A stretch of DNA of 64,000 nucleotides from the human T2T-CHM13v2.0 reference genome, Homo sapiens. Positions 1 to 15,730 of this stretch are shown one piece after another. Made by a program: the position numbers and the translations under genes. Location of the stretch: the NCBI RefSeq assembly GCF_009914755.1, contig NC_060925.1; one strand, written 5' to 3'. The number at the start of each line of letters is the position of its first letter. Position 1 is the stretch's first letter. The notes beneath the pieces were generated by a model that was not told the DNA's origin, ran no database searches, and worked only from the letters and a program-made list of their open reading frames with translations.

Positions 1-399
1 CCCCTTCAGACTGTGGTTCTCTGATGCTAGTGAGAACACTGCCCTTGTTCTCTGGAAGTAATTTTTCAAAATGGACAGGTCTGCTGACTTTCTTTGCTGG
101 TCAGTGTGGGGAAGGAGGTTACCGTCTGGGCCCATCCACACCCATATTCGGCTCCTTGTCCCAGGCCAGTGGCAGGCAGTATGAACAGAAGAGTGTGGAC
201 ATTGTCCGTGCACGAGCTAGCTCTCAGCGAGACTAGCAGGGACTCCAGATGATGAGGACATCTAAAAGCCCGCTAGAAAAGAGGCACCATGAAAGCCGCA
301 GAAAGAGCAAGGACTTCCTACTAGGCCGCCCCCGGTTAAAATCTCGTGGGCTTAGGAACTCCGGGAAATGGCTTCTCTCTGGCCCTCAGCTCTCACCTT

Positions 400-1210
400 T
401 AACACGGCTGCGAACATCCCCGGGCCCCTGGGTTTTTGCGGAGGTTGGGTGAGGTTGTGTTCACTCTCCTCACTGACCCCGCCGTGTGGTCGCCGGCTGG
501 TGCCTTGTCTGTCTGCCCCAGCCCCGAATGCCCCAAGACTCCCGGCGCCGGCTCGGTGCAGGTAAGGCGCCCGCGCCCTGGCCTCGAATTCCCGCCCCGC
601 CACTCTGGCCGCGTCGTGCTGTCGTTGCGCACCCAGCGCCCTCGTGCAGGCAGGGGGAGCGCAGTGGGGAGGGGGCAGGAAGCGCAGGCAGAGCCAGGCG
701 AGCACGCGGCTCCCGGCCCAGCTCCCCGCGTCCGCTCCGGTTCCTGCCGCGTTCCAGCAGCCGTCACTCCCGCCGCCGGCCCCCGCCGCCCGCCCCGCCT
801 GCCCCTACCCCTCCGCGCGGGCCGGGCACCTGGCCGCCGCTCGGTCCTCGGGGCCCCGCGCTGCTGTCTCTGTCTCGGCTTCTCTCGGCCCCTGGGTCTC
901 TTCGTCTCTGCCGTTCTCAGGCTCAGCTCCGTCTCGCTCGGTCCCTCGCTTCCCCGCCGGGCTCTAGCCGGCCGTCTGGTGGCCCGAGGTGGCGGCGGGC
1001 TGGGCGCGGGGCGCGATGAGCGGCGCCTGCACGAGCTACGTGAGCGCAGAGCAGGAGGTGGTGCGCGGCTTCAGCTGCCCGCGGCCGGGGGGCGAGGCGG
1101 CCGCTGTCTTCTGCTGCGGCTTCCGCGACCACAAGTACTGCTGCGACGACCCGCACAGCTTCTTCCCCTACGAGCACAGCTACATGTGGTGGCTCAGGTA
1201 CCGTCCCTGG
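400..1210. promoter_or_regulatory. SHISAL2A: CpG island / promoter and first exon region of SHISAL2A
   Basis: Very GC- and CpG-dense stretch with many GC boxes (ccgccc, gggcgg) around the start codon at 1016; CpG density falls sharply after ~1210. Boundaries approximate. Confidence 0.9.
1016..1197 (+). CDS. SHISAL2A: SHISAL2A (FAM159A) coding exon 1; Cys-rich Shisa-like domain
   Basis: ATG at 1016 gives MSGACTSYVSAEQEVVRGFSCPRPGGEAAAVFCCGFRDHKYCCDDPHSFFPYEHSYMWWL (C..C..CC..CC Shisa pattern); ends CTCAG|gtaccg (182 nt, phase 2). Confidence 0.96.
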
Positions 1211-2725
1211 CCCTCACCCTACCTTGAACCCCACTCCAGTCTCAGCGCCTTCACCCCAGCCTCAGCCCCCACCCGAGTGTCCACCTGAACATCAGCAGCA
1301 AGCTCTAGTCCTTACCGTCCTCATGCCCACAGCATCAACCACCCCGTGAAACCCCATCTCAGCTCGATTTCCTCATCCTGACCCCAACCATTATTTAGAG
1401 CCATGCTCGGACCTCCCCCTCCTCTAATCCAAAACAATCCTCACTCTATCCCCACCCCAAACTTCATTCCATCACCACCCTCATCCCAACCCCAAATCAC
1501 ATATCAAGCCTCCCCCTAACAGCAACTTCCATCTTCAAACATTCACAGGCAGCCCAACTCCACCCCAATCATCATCCCACCAAGGTGCCCTTCCTAATAT
1601 CAACACCAGCCTTATTCCTGACTTTCCACACTCCCCAGTACTGACCCCAGACCTTATTCTATCACCAGCCCCAACCTCCTCTTCTGTCCTGCCTGCAGTC
1701 CCACCTCAGCTCTTCTCCCACATCCTGACTCCAAATATTATTAATATCTAGATCTACATCCAAACCTCAACCTCCAGACTTAACCCTCGCCTGGTGCTAC
1801 ACCCCAACCCCAGCCTCAGCCCAGCGTCAACCCTTGGTTCCCTTTTGTATTTAGTCATTCTTTCGGGCACTCTCTACTGAGCACTTGGTGTGTGCCAAGC
1901 CCTGTGGTGAGTGCTGGGGATGTACCCCATCCTCAAGCTAAGGCAGAAGACTCGGGAGTCAGAGCTGCCTCCAAGTTCATCATGAGACAATGGCATAGTG
2001 CAGAAGCTAGCTCAGGCCATATTCATAGAAGTGTTGACTCTCCACCCATAGGACCTCAGTTTCCCCATTTGTTCAGGGAAGAGGTTGCATTCCTGGAGCC
2101 TAAGTGTTGGCTTGAGAGGGTAATAGGTCTCAATCCCCCTGGGTCTCCAAAGGCCTTACCTGGAGAATGGAACTTGATCCTCAGCCTACTTTGGGAAACA
2201 GGCATCAGCAAAAATTGAGTGGGCCATCTCAGTAGTTAGTGATTTTCCTGTCCCTGGAGGTATATGAGCAGAGGCTGCTGCCCTCTGGGTGGGAAAGGAC
2301 AGTGTCCTATGCCACGAAAACTTCTCAAGTCTCTGGCTTTTCATCTATCAAACGGGCAGTAGGATGATCAATCATTGCCCTGATTTCTGACTAAGGCAGT
2401 GGTAACGGTCAAATGACATACATAACAGAGCTGAAATCAACTTGACATATGCCAATGACAATTACAAATATTATTGCTTTTTCTAGGTGACTCGATCCAC
2501 AATTCTAAATGATTTTCAGATGGCCAGGTTATCAGATCCTACATATTTGTGCTATCTATAACCCAGGGAATTATATTAATGTATTTTCTGTTCATCCATA
2601 TATTCATTCATTCATTCATTCATTCTAGCCTTTACTTTGTGCCAGGCACTTTGCAAGGTATTGGAGACACAAAAATCAATTATTCCCTGCCCCTGAGGAA
2701 CTCACAGTTTATTTAGAGATACAAT

Positions 2726-3506
2726 GGTAATCACTTGACAAGTTCATTTTGCTTGCTGCCCAAAAAAACCAATGCACTGAGAACAACAGGTTTTGCAGCA
2801 AAGAAAGAGTTTAATAATCACAGGGCCAACCAAGTGGCAAAATAGGACATAATTCTCAAATCCACACCCTCATTCCCCACCCCCCACCCCACCAGAGAAT
2901 TCGGAGACTATGGTTTCTCAAGGAATGGTGGCAGATGGGGCTAGGGAATAGGGAATGCCAATTGGTTGGGTTAGGGATAAAATCGTAGGGGATCAAAGCT
3001 ACCTTCTTGCACTGAGTCAGTTGCTGGGTAGGGGAGCTCACAAGACCAGTTGAGCCAGTTTATTGGTATGGGTTACTGGTCCAGGTGGCACCAACTGGTC
3101 TATCAAAATGAAAGGTCTGAAAGATACCTCAAACACCAGTTTTAGGTTTTACAACTCCTCCTATAGGAGGAGTTGAGGAGATTACAAATCATGTGACCTC
3201 CAGCTACACGACTCCTGAACCATAATTCTAACCTTGTGGTTAATTTGTTAGTTTAACAAAGGCAGTTGCAGTCCCTGAGCAAGGAGGGTGTTAGTTTTAG
3301 GAAGGGGCTGTTATCATCTTTGTTTTAAAGTTAAACTATAAACTAAATTCCTCTTATAGTTAACTTGGCCTGTGCCCAGGAATGAAGAAAGACAGCTCCT
3401 AAAGTTAGACACAAGATGGAGTCAGCTATGTCAGATTTCTCTCACTGTGATAATTTTTCTGTATCAGATTTCTCTTACTGTGATAATATTCACTAGGGCA
3501 CTTTCA
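2726..3506 (-). mobile_element. Solo ERV1 LTR, LTR8 family (LTR8A/B-like)
   Basis: Reverse complement starts TGAAAG...gagaaatctgacatagctgactccatcttg, as in the LTR8 5' end; ~780 bp; imperfect 4-bp TSD caat/caac. Confidence 0.75.
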
Positions 3507-3608
3507 CAACATTCACCTAAAGTGAAACAATGAAGTTTTGTTGAAGGCCCACTGTGTAGTTGGCATTGAGCTAGGCTCTGAAATAAGATGGCACTGACCT
3601 CCCTTGTA

Positions 3609-4004
3609 AGTACAGAGACAATGTGGAGCTTTGGGGCTGGTCAGAATCTGTCACTTATTATCTATGTGGATTGGAAAAGTTATTTAACTTCCTAGTATTT
3701 TCTCTCAACTTTAAAATGGTGATAGAGATATTTGTGTGATAGTACAGAGACAGTGTGGAGCTTTGGGGCTGGTCAGAATCTGTCACTTATTATCTATGTG
3801 GATTGGAAAAGTTATTTAACTTCCTAGTATTTTCTCTCAACTTTAAAATGGTGATAGAGATATTTGTGTGATAGTACAGAGACAGTGTGGAGCTTTGGGG
3901 CTGGTCAGAATCTGTCACTTATTATCTATGTGGATTGGAAAAGTTATTTAACTTCCTAGTATTTTCTCTCAACTTTAAAATGGTGATAGAGATATTTGTG
4001 TGAT
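3609..4004. repeat. Tandem repeat, 3 x 132 bp, within MIR-derived sequence
   Basis: Units start at 3609, 3741, 3873 (agtacagagaca...tttgtgtgat); identical except gacaAtg in unit 1 vs gacaGtg in units 2 and 3. Confidence 0.97.
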
Positions 4005-6039
4005 GGAATTGTAAGAACTAAGAGAAATAATGCACATGAAAGTGACCAGTGCATATGTTAGGTGCTCAATAAGAGAGTTCCCTTTCCTTGGTTCATAGGT
4101 GTGGGAAGTGAAATTCAGTGTGGAAGTGAATTGTCCGAGATCTCCTAGCAATATCATAGCAGACTGAGACTTAAAGAACATTACCTAAGACTATCCAAGG
4201 GTTAGATGCTCTCACACATTCACAACCCTGGCACTTCTCATTTTACACATGAGAAAACTTGAGAAAGGTTAAGTTACTATCTGGGAGTGTCCCAGTGAGA
4301 GGCAGTGGCAGAGCTGGGTTGAAAACTCAGGCCTGTCTCATCTCAAGCCCTGGCTTGTCCTGTCTACTACTGTCTGAATCTCTCTTAACAACCTGATCCA
4401 CTCAGATCATCTGAAAAATACTCACTGACCCTCTAGTGTCTTCTGGGCACTGTGCTGGCCCCTGGGGACACAGAGGTGAGTAATTCTCTCAGCACCCAGC
4501 CAGGACCCTTTCCCTCTTCCACTAACCCCTTCCCTACACAGCTCTTGTGTCTTGTGGTCCCTTCCGTTGCCCTGGAAACTCTGACGTGGCATGCTTTAGT
4601 GGCTCAGACAATGCTTTCTTCGGGGGTTGGATGGGCTGATCTCTGGGGTAACATCCCATGTCAGTGTGTTCCCATTCTGTGACCCCAAGGTGGCTAAAGG
4701 CTCTAGGGTGACTCTTCCTGGACTCAGACATAATGTGATTCATAAATACCACAGACAATTGCAAAGTGCAGGAGAGGAACTGAAAGTCCTCAGGATGTCT
4801 AGGGCATCAACGTGCTCTGAACCTTGAAATAACTCTTCCGGCATGCTCCTAACAGAGCCCGGATATTGCAGGGTGGAGACCTTGTTTTGCTCTAAATTCC
4901 GTTTGGCCCTTTTCATGAAAGTCAGTCCTTAAAAACTTCAAAATCTCCAGGTAAGCACTGTTTCCTGGGAGAGACAGTGCTCAAGGAGAATTGCTATCTT
5001 TAAAATTGTGCCTCAGGAAGTGAAGACACCCTGTGGAGAAGCAGTTGGTGCTGTCACACCGTCTGGTCCACTTGCCAAACACCCTCCTCCATCACTAGTT
5101 CTGTTTTTTTACGAGGGTGTGAGCCAGAAGACAGCAGCCTTGCCGGAAGGCAGAGTTTGTGGTCAGACCGTGTCTACAGCACCTCATTTCATCCTTCCCA
5201 CCACCTGGTGAGATAGAAACCTTTATAAAGGAAGAAAATGAAGGTCAGAGTGGTAAAGTGATTTTTCAGCTTAAATGTGGCAGAACCAGGATTTGAACTT
5301 AGAACTACCTGACTCCAAAGCCCTTGGTTGTTAGATTGTCCCTCCAATTCTTTCTTAGGAGTCACAGTGGGTTTTTATCTTTCAGAGTCAGAACAGTAAA
5401 ATCCTCGAAGACTCGAGGCTCTCTAATTCAATTTCCTACCCAGGGTAGGAATCTCTAACTTCACTGAAAGATAGAACTCATTCGTGTGTCCTGCACAAGC
5501 TTCTCCCATGACAGGGACTCATCCCTGCTTGAGGCAGTACATTCACCATGGAACAACTCGGATCATTTGAAGTTCATCTCATGCCAAGCACAGATTTTCC
5601 TTCTTTGGAGCCTGCCCTGTTGTTCCCAACTCTGTCCTTGGAGTTTAGTTCCTCTGTCACCAGGACAGACCAGCAGAGACAGTGCCTGCCCCCTGACTGA
5701 CCTCCGATCTGGAATGTATCACCCCAGAGTCAGGGAATAGGATGGGCAAGAAAGCTGGAGAAAGAATGGTAGACAGGGACAAACAAAACTCTCCCCCTCA
5801 CTCCTCAAAGGGCCTCTCTTAGAGGCCCCTTTCTATCCAGGAACCCAGAGTTGTCCCACACACGGGTCCCAAGCAAAGCACAATTCTCCTAGATAACAGC
5901 CCTACGAACAGTAAGCATATCTCAAATGAGAAAACAATGTTTAATTAAAGTAACTAAAGAACTAAAAAGCCCTACATACTCAATGTAAAAAATGTGAAAA
6001 GGACAAGAGAAATGAAAAGAGAAAGAAGTCATGAGTAAT

Positions 6040-6440
6040 CCAGTGTCTAAGCTTGGATTCACCAGGAGACTCTGAGATGAGGATTTGATGGCAAGTAGTT
6101 TATGTGGAAAATGATCCCAAAAATCACTGGTAGAGGATAAGAAAGTGAGACAGGGAGAGAAAGAAGCCAACAATGGGTGTATTACCAAGCAAATTACACC
6201 AGAGGTAACTGGAGCTTAAACTCTGCCAGCCAGTGTAGAATGTACTCCTCAGGGTTATCCCACCTGACGGCCAGGAAGCTGGATATTTAGCTAACAATTT
6301 CTGTCAGTCATCGGTCATGGGCTGGTGGGGTAAGGAAGGTATTGATTATCCTGCACTATTGACTTGCCAGTGTGTCCACAGAGCCTGTTCTGGGCCCAAG
6401 AAACCCCTCAGACAAAGAGGTAACAGCTGTTTGCAATAGA
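6040..6440 (-). mobile_element. Old ERVL LTR remnant (LTR16-like)
   Basis: Motifs ctgagatgaggatttgatggcaagtagtttat, gtgagacagggagagaaagaagccaa and gttatcccacc resemble LTR16-type consensus. Confidence 0.45.
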
Positions 6441-6446
6441 AACTTT

Positions 6447-6814
<368 letters not shown>

Positions 6815-6993
6815 TTAGTTGGTGTATCTCCATCAACCTTGCATGTGTACATGTGTATAGTTATGCATATATGTATACTTATTTAGTTAAATTGGGGTTA
6901 TGCCATGTAATTAGTAGTGTGTCCTGCTCTTTTCAATTAATATTATCAATAAGTTCATAAAGATTTATCCATTATCTTAGATATTAAAATCTA

Positions 6994-7294
<301 letters not shown>

Positions 7295-7314
7295 TTAAAA
7301 TCTAAAAGATCTGA

Positions 7315-7612
<298 letters not shown>

Positions 7613-8160
7613 GAAAACATCTATATCATTAATAAGGTCTCTATATATGCTATACTGTTCCATTGCAGAGATGTCCAATAATTTATTTAGCCATGGGAAG
7701 GCAGACTCTTCAAAGCTCTCAGGTGTTTTGGTTGAGTGAAATTAGCCATTAACTAACAGGGAGCGAAATCCTGCAGAAGTGGCAAGGGCAGGTGTCTGGG
7801 GCCAGAGTCAGGGAAGAAAATGGGCAGGAGAGCTAGAGAAGAAAGGGTAGGCAAGGACAAAGCCTGATGCCACCTATACCTTCTCATTGGGAGAGTGTTC
7901 CATAACGCCTGACACATAGTAGGTACCAAAGGATATTTACCAACTGCCTACCACATGCCAGGGCCTAGACAATGGGAGGATAAGGCTGATTAAACATGGT
8001 CTTGGCCGGACACGGTAGCTCACGCCTGTAATCCCAGCACTTTGGGAGGTCAAGGGCGGGGGAATCACTTGAGGTCTGAAATCCCGCCTACCAGGGAGGC
8101 TGAGGCAGGAGAATCAAGACTCTGTCTCAAAACAAAAAAAAAAACAAACAAAAAAAAACA

Positions 8161-9030
8161 TATTTGGTCTCTGCCCCTGGTTCCTGAGTTGAAGCTCCTA
8201 AAGCCCTTGTAGATAGAGATGCTAGGAGCATCATTTGTTCTAAAATTTGGTCTCTGAACCCCGAGTTCCTGACGCAGAGCTCCTAAATTCCTTATAATTT
8301 CCTGGGTGATAGGAGCATCTTTTGTTCTAATGAGATGACTCATGGTGGGCTCCTGGAGAGCCTTAGGATGGGGGCTGGTTGCCGGGGAAACCAACCATGT
8401 GATTAGAGCACTGGAACTTACAGCCCCACCTCACTCCAACCTCCAGGGAGGGGAGAGGGCCCAGAGGTTGAGTTGATCACCAATGGTAATCAATCATGCC
8501 TATGTAATGAAGCCTCCATAAAATCCCGAAGACAGGGTTTAGAGAACTTCTGGATTGCTGAACACGTGGAGGTCCCTGGAGGGTTGTGTGATTGGAGACC
8601 AGATGGAAGCTCCACGCCCCTCCCTTATACCTTGCCTTATGTATCTCTTCCATCTGGCCATTCAACTGTATCCTTTGTAATATCCTTCCTAATCAACTGG
8701 TAAACATAAGTGTTTTTTTGAGTTCAGTGAGCTGTCCTAGCAAATTAATCAACCCCAAGGAAGGGGCAATGGGCACACTGATTTATAGCTGGTGGGTCAG
8801 AAGTATAGGTGACAACCTACTACTTGCAATTGGTATGGGAGGGCAGGAGGGAGTCTTGTGGGACTGAGCCCGTAACCTGTGGGAGCTGACACTATTTGCC
8901 TAGAGATGGTTCCAGAATTGATGGTGTCTGCTGGAGAATTGCTTGACGTGTGGGGAAAACCCCCCCATACATCTGGTGTCAGAAGTGTTGTGTTGAGTGT
9001 TGTGGGAGGAAAAAAGGAAGCTGTTTCTTC
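8161..9030 (+). mobile_element. MER21-family LTR, preceded by an internally deleted Alu at 8004-8160
   Basis: Repeated tttggtctctg..ccc..gttcctga..agagctcctaaa motif, accaaccatgtgattagag, tatgtaatgaagcctccataaaa. Confidence 0.7.
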
Positions 9031-9180
9031 CTTCAGACCAGGTGACCAAGGCCTGACTTGGGGCCAGAGGCAGTGAGGTTGGAGGGTGAGGGACCAGCAG
9101 TGGAGGTATTTGAGACATGGAGTTGACACTGACGTTGTCAGCAGAACCATGGAGGTTGGGTCAGAAGTTACCTGAGGCTT

Positions 9181-9643
9181 GCCTGGGCACGGTTGGCTCA
9201 TGCTTGTAATCCCAACATTTTGGGAGGTTGAGGTGAGAGGATTGCTTGAGGCCAGAAGTTTGAGACCAGCCTGGACAACATAGCAAAACCTGGTCTCTAT
9301 TTTCTTTTTTTAAAAAAAAGAGGCGGGGGTGAGTGGGAGGGGGTGCCAGCATGGTGGCTCATGCCTGTAATCTCAGCACTTTGGGAGGCCAAAGTGAGTA
9401 GATTGCTTGAGCTCAAGAATTTAAGACCAGCCTGGGCAACATGGCAAAACCCCATCTCTTCAAAAAATACAAAAACATAGCTGGGCGTGGTGGCACATGC
9501 CTGTGGTCCCAGCCATTTGGGAGGCTGAGGTGGGAGGATTGCTTGAGCCCAGGAGGTTGAGGATGCAGTGAGCCTAGATGGCAACACTGCAGTTCAATCT
9601 GGGTGACAGAGCAAGAACTTGTCTTAAAACAAAAAGAAAAGAA
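9181..9643 (+). mobile_element. Alu monomer (9181-9318) plus AluJ (9345-9643)
   Basis: Alu consensus and A-tails. Confidence 0.85.
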
Positions 9644-9877
9644 ATTACCTAAGGCTGGAAGGAGAGCTGGCTTTTAACTAAGGCCTACTATATGTGTCTT
9701 GATTCTTAAGAAACAGCAGTATGGGGGGGTCCCCTAAGACCATCTCCAGGTCCCTGGGGTGGGAGCAGGTGAGGAAAGTAGGGAGGGAAGGAGATGGTGC
9801 TGCTGAGCGGGGTCAGGTATGAGTCCTTGGTGGTGAGTCCTTGGCATATAGTTGGTGCACTTTCTTTCCCATGCTGA

Positions 9878-10246
<369 letters not shown>

Positions 10247-10353
10247 TAAAATTTTTTTTAAATATTTTTATTCTGTACATTTTCTTCCCAGCAGGCTCAT
10301 TCTAGCCTAGCTACAACACTTTTATAACATCTGTCTCCCAAGTCCCTTCCTGA

Positions 10354-10542
<189 letters not shown>

Positions 10543-11095
10543 TGATGTCCTTGTATTCGGTAGACTAGCACCTTTTCAAGGGGGGAGAAATGTAGAAATG
10601 ATGTTTGGAACATTTGCCTCATGACTATTCCTGGAATATGCAGAAGCAGCGGCACATTTTTCTGGAGATTCGTGATCTAAACATTTCCATCCTAAACTCT
10701 TCATGTTTACATTGTTTGTCAAAATAATTTAATGTAGACAACACTCCATTTGTCACACAAAGATTAATCCATGTTGTGGATTGTTTAAGATGATGTTTTA
10801 ATTTTAGCCTTGGGGAATGCAAACTGATTTTAATATTAACCCAAACAAAATAGAATTAATTTTTAAAATTTGCTGCTTCCAAACTCATAATTTATCAGAA
10901 ACGAAATACAAGCGCTTTTATTGTGTGTATGCGTTTTTCTAAATAATCTGATGTTCCAGACTACCCATTTCTTCATTAGTATAGGTTATCAAGTGCCTCT
11001 AAGGGGCCAAAAATAAAGTGTTGCTTTTTCACAAGCCTTTTTTGCACACATTTTGACAACATCCTGAAAGATATTATGAAAGATACAAGTCTCTG

Positions 11096-11600
<505 letters not shown>

Positions 11601-11882
11601 TTAAGGTGTCATAGCTAATAAGTGGTGGGCTGAAATACAGCTCACATCTGTCTGCCTCGAGTCACCATACTGGGTATGTGCAAGTATATAACTAAGCACA
11701 AAATTGTTTGATACAAAGTGTAGGGAAGATTTCAAACAGGGAAGGATACTTGAGTTAGTGTTGAGTTTAGTGAAGAAGTTGCTAAGGCAAAAAAAAAGGA
11801 GAAAGGCTGTCCCAGCATAGGGTAAGTAGTGGGTACATGTGTGTGGACTGGACTGAGTGAGCCCTCTGCAGTGACAGGGTCA

Positions 11883-12679
<797 letters not shown>

Positions 12680-12915
12680 TTAACAATAAAAATACAACAA
12701 GCAACAGCACAAGAACCCTTCTCAGATCCTGATGACTGTGAATAATCCAGCTGTGACTGAGCAGCAAAAAGCAGGAGGGGTCACTTTTGAGGGTGGAAGG
12801 ATTCAGCTGGCTCCTCTTGGAGTGAGAAAGACCTGAGAGGCAGTGGCAGGGGAAAAGAAAAACGTCTGCACATAGAACCAGCCTGGTGGAGACCAGAGAC
12901 AACTGAGGCTTCAAC

Positions 12916-13252
12916 GTTTTGTTTTGTTTTGTTTTGTTTTGTTTTGTTTTGTTTTGTTTTGTTTTGTTTGAGACAAGGTCTCACTCCAGTTGCCCAGGCT
13001 GGAATGCAGTGGCGTAATCATGGCTCACTGCAGCCTTGCACTCCGGGGCTCAGGTGATTCTCCCACCTCATTCTCCTGAACAGCAGGACTACAGGTGCGT
13101 AGCACCACACCTGGCTAATTTTTTTGTATTTTTAGTAGAGATGGAGTTTCACCGTCCTGCTCAGGCTAGTCTCAAACTCCTGGCCTCAAGCAATCCACCT
13201 GCCTTGGCCTCCCAAAGTGCTGGGATTACAGGTGTGAGCCACCACACCCAGC
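12916..13252 (-). mobile_element. AluJ, antisense, with (GTTTT)n tail 12916-12969
   Basis: Alu consensus and pentanucleotide tail. Confidence 0.88.
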
Positions 13253-13602
13253 TGGTTTCAACTTTTATAGAGGTCAATGAAAGACATAAAAGAACCTGAC
13301 TATATGGGAGATATGGCACATATGTGGATAGAAAGGCTCAATATCATAGAAATGCCAGTTCTTCCTAAATTAACCTATACATAAAAATAAATAAAAATGT
13401 TTCATGGAATTTGTCAAATTAATTCTAAAGTTAATCTAGAGGCATACAGGTGCAAGAATGAACAACACAATTTTGGAAAACAAAGAAGAGGAGGGACTTG
13501 CTCTATCAGGCAGCAGGACATTTTTTAAAATAAAGGATTTCTGTTTAAAAATATAAGTTTTGTGATATTGGCACAGAAATTGACAAATAGAATTGGGCAA
13601 TG

Positions 13603-13815
13603 CAGTGGTTTTAAACTGAGTACAAATTTGTTCCCCTAGGACAATTGGCAATGTCTGTAAACATTTTTGGTTGTCATATTCGGGGAAGGGATACTATTGA
13701 TAACTATTGGTAGAGGCCAGGGATGCTGTTTAACAGCCTACAATAAAGAGGACAGTACCTCACAACAAAGAATTATCTGGCCCAAAATGTCAATAGTACC
13801 AGTTGAGAAACCCTA
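13603..13815 (+). mobile_element. MER20 (hAT-Charlie DNA transposon fossil)
   Basis: cagtggttttaaact...gtagaggccagggatgctg...caaagaattatctggcccaaaatgtcaatag...ttgagaaacccta. Confidence 0.85.
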
Positions 13816-14034
13816 GAGTAGAGAATAGAGTACTAAAGTTGAAAAACCTAGAATAGAAAGAGTCCAGAAACAGACTAATAAAAATATAGGAATTTGTATA
13901 AAATGTATAATTTTCTAAAAAATAAAGGAAAAGATTGGCAAATGTCCCTACATCAAGTACAAATAATATGACACTGTATGTGAAGTTAAAAAACAAATGA
14001 TGGGCTGCAAAGATATTATATTACATTAAATATC

Positions 14035-14037
<3 letters not shown>

Positions 14038-14078
<41 letters not shown>
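14038..14078. repeat. (CA)n microsatellite
   Basis: About 20 CA units. Confidence 0.95.
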
Positions 14079-14960
<882 letters not shown>

Positions 14961-15112
14961 TATATAAAACAAGGCAGTATTGATATAAGTACACCTTAAA
15001 AGATAAGAAAAATGTAATTTGTTAAAAAAGAAATGCAAATGCCCAATGCACAGGAAAAGATGCTCAACATTACTAATAATCAGGGGAATGCAATTCAAAA
15101 ATGATACATCCA

Positions 15113-15415
15113 GGCCAGGCACTGTGGCTCACACCTATAATCTCAGCACTTAGGGAGGTGGAGGCGGGCAGATCACTTGAGGTCAGAAGTTCGAGACCAG
15201 CCTGGCCAACATGGTGAAACCCATCCCTACAAAAAATACAAAAATTAGCCAGACATAGTGGCACATGCCTGTAGATCCAGCTACCTGGGGAGCTAAAGTG
15301 GGAGGATTGCTTGAGGCCAGGAGGTGGAGATTGCAGTGAGCCAGGATCAGCCACTGCACTCCAGCCTGGGCGACAGATCAAGACCCTGTCTCAAAAAAAA
15401 AAAGAAAAAAAGAAA
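15113..15415 (+). mobile_element. Alu
   Basis: Full dimer with A-tail. Confidence 0.88.
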
Positions 15416-15588
15416 AATCTTTATTAAAAAAAAAAAATTACATTGGCAAATTGGCAAAAGCCCAAAAATGTATCATATTAAAAGTGAGAAGGTTGGAAGG
15501 TTGGGATGGGGGAAGCAGGTACTCTCATATACTGCTGGTAAGAGTATGCATTGGTACGACCACTTTACAGAGAATTTTGGCAATATCT

Positions 15589-15730
15589 ATTTAAATAATA
15601 TATATATTTATATATTAATATATCATATATAATTATATATTAACATATCTAATATATAATTATATATAATATATTTCATTATTACATAATTAATTATCAA
15701 TATTATATAATTGTTAGTTTTATATATATA
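15589..15730. repeat. AT-rich low-complexity (TA)n-like tract
   Basis: Almost only A/T. Confidence 0.85.

Noticed and set aside
352-1227. Long overlapping ORFs (263, 177, 122, 117 aa) in the CpG island
   Set aside because: Pro/Arg/Gly/Ala-rich products typical of stop-poor GC-rich DNA; only the frame from ATG 1016 has a domain and matching splice phases.
3431-3490. 33-bp internal duplication near the LTR end
   Set aside because: Probably part of the LTR8-family structure rather than a locus-specific event.
3609-4004. Regularly spaced repeats suggesting a CRISPR-like array
   Set aside because: Whole units are identical with no unique spacers, and the DNA is human; it is a tandem repeat.
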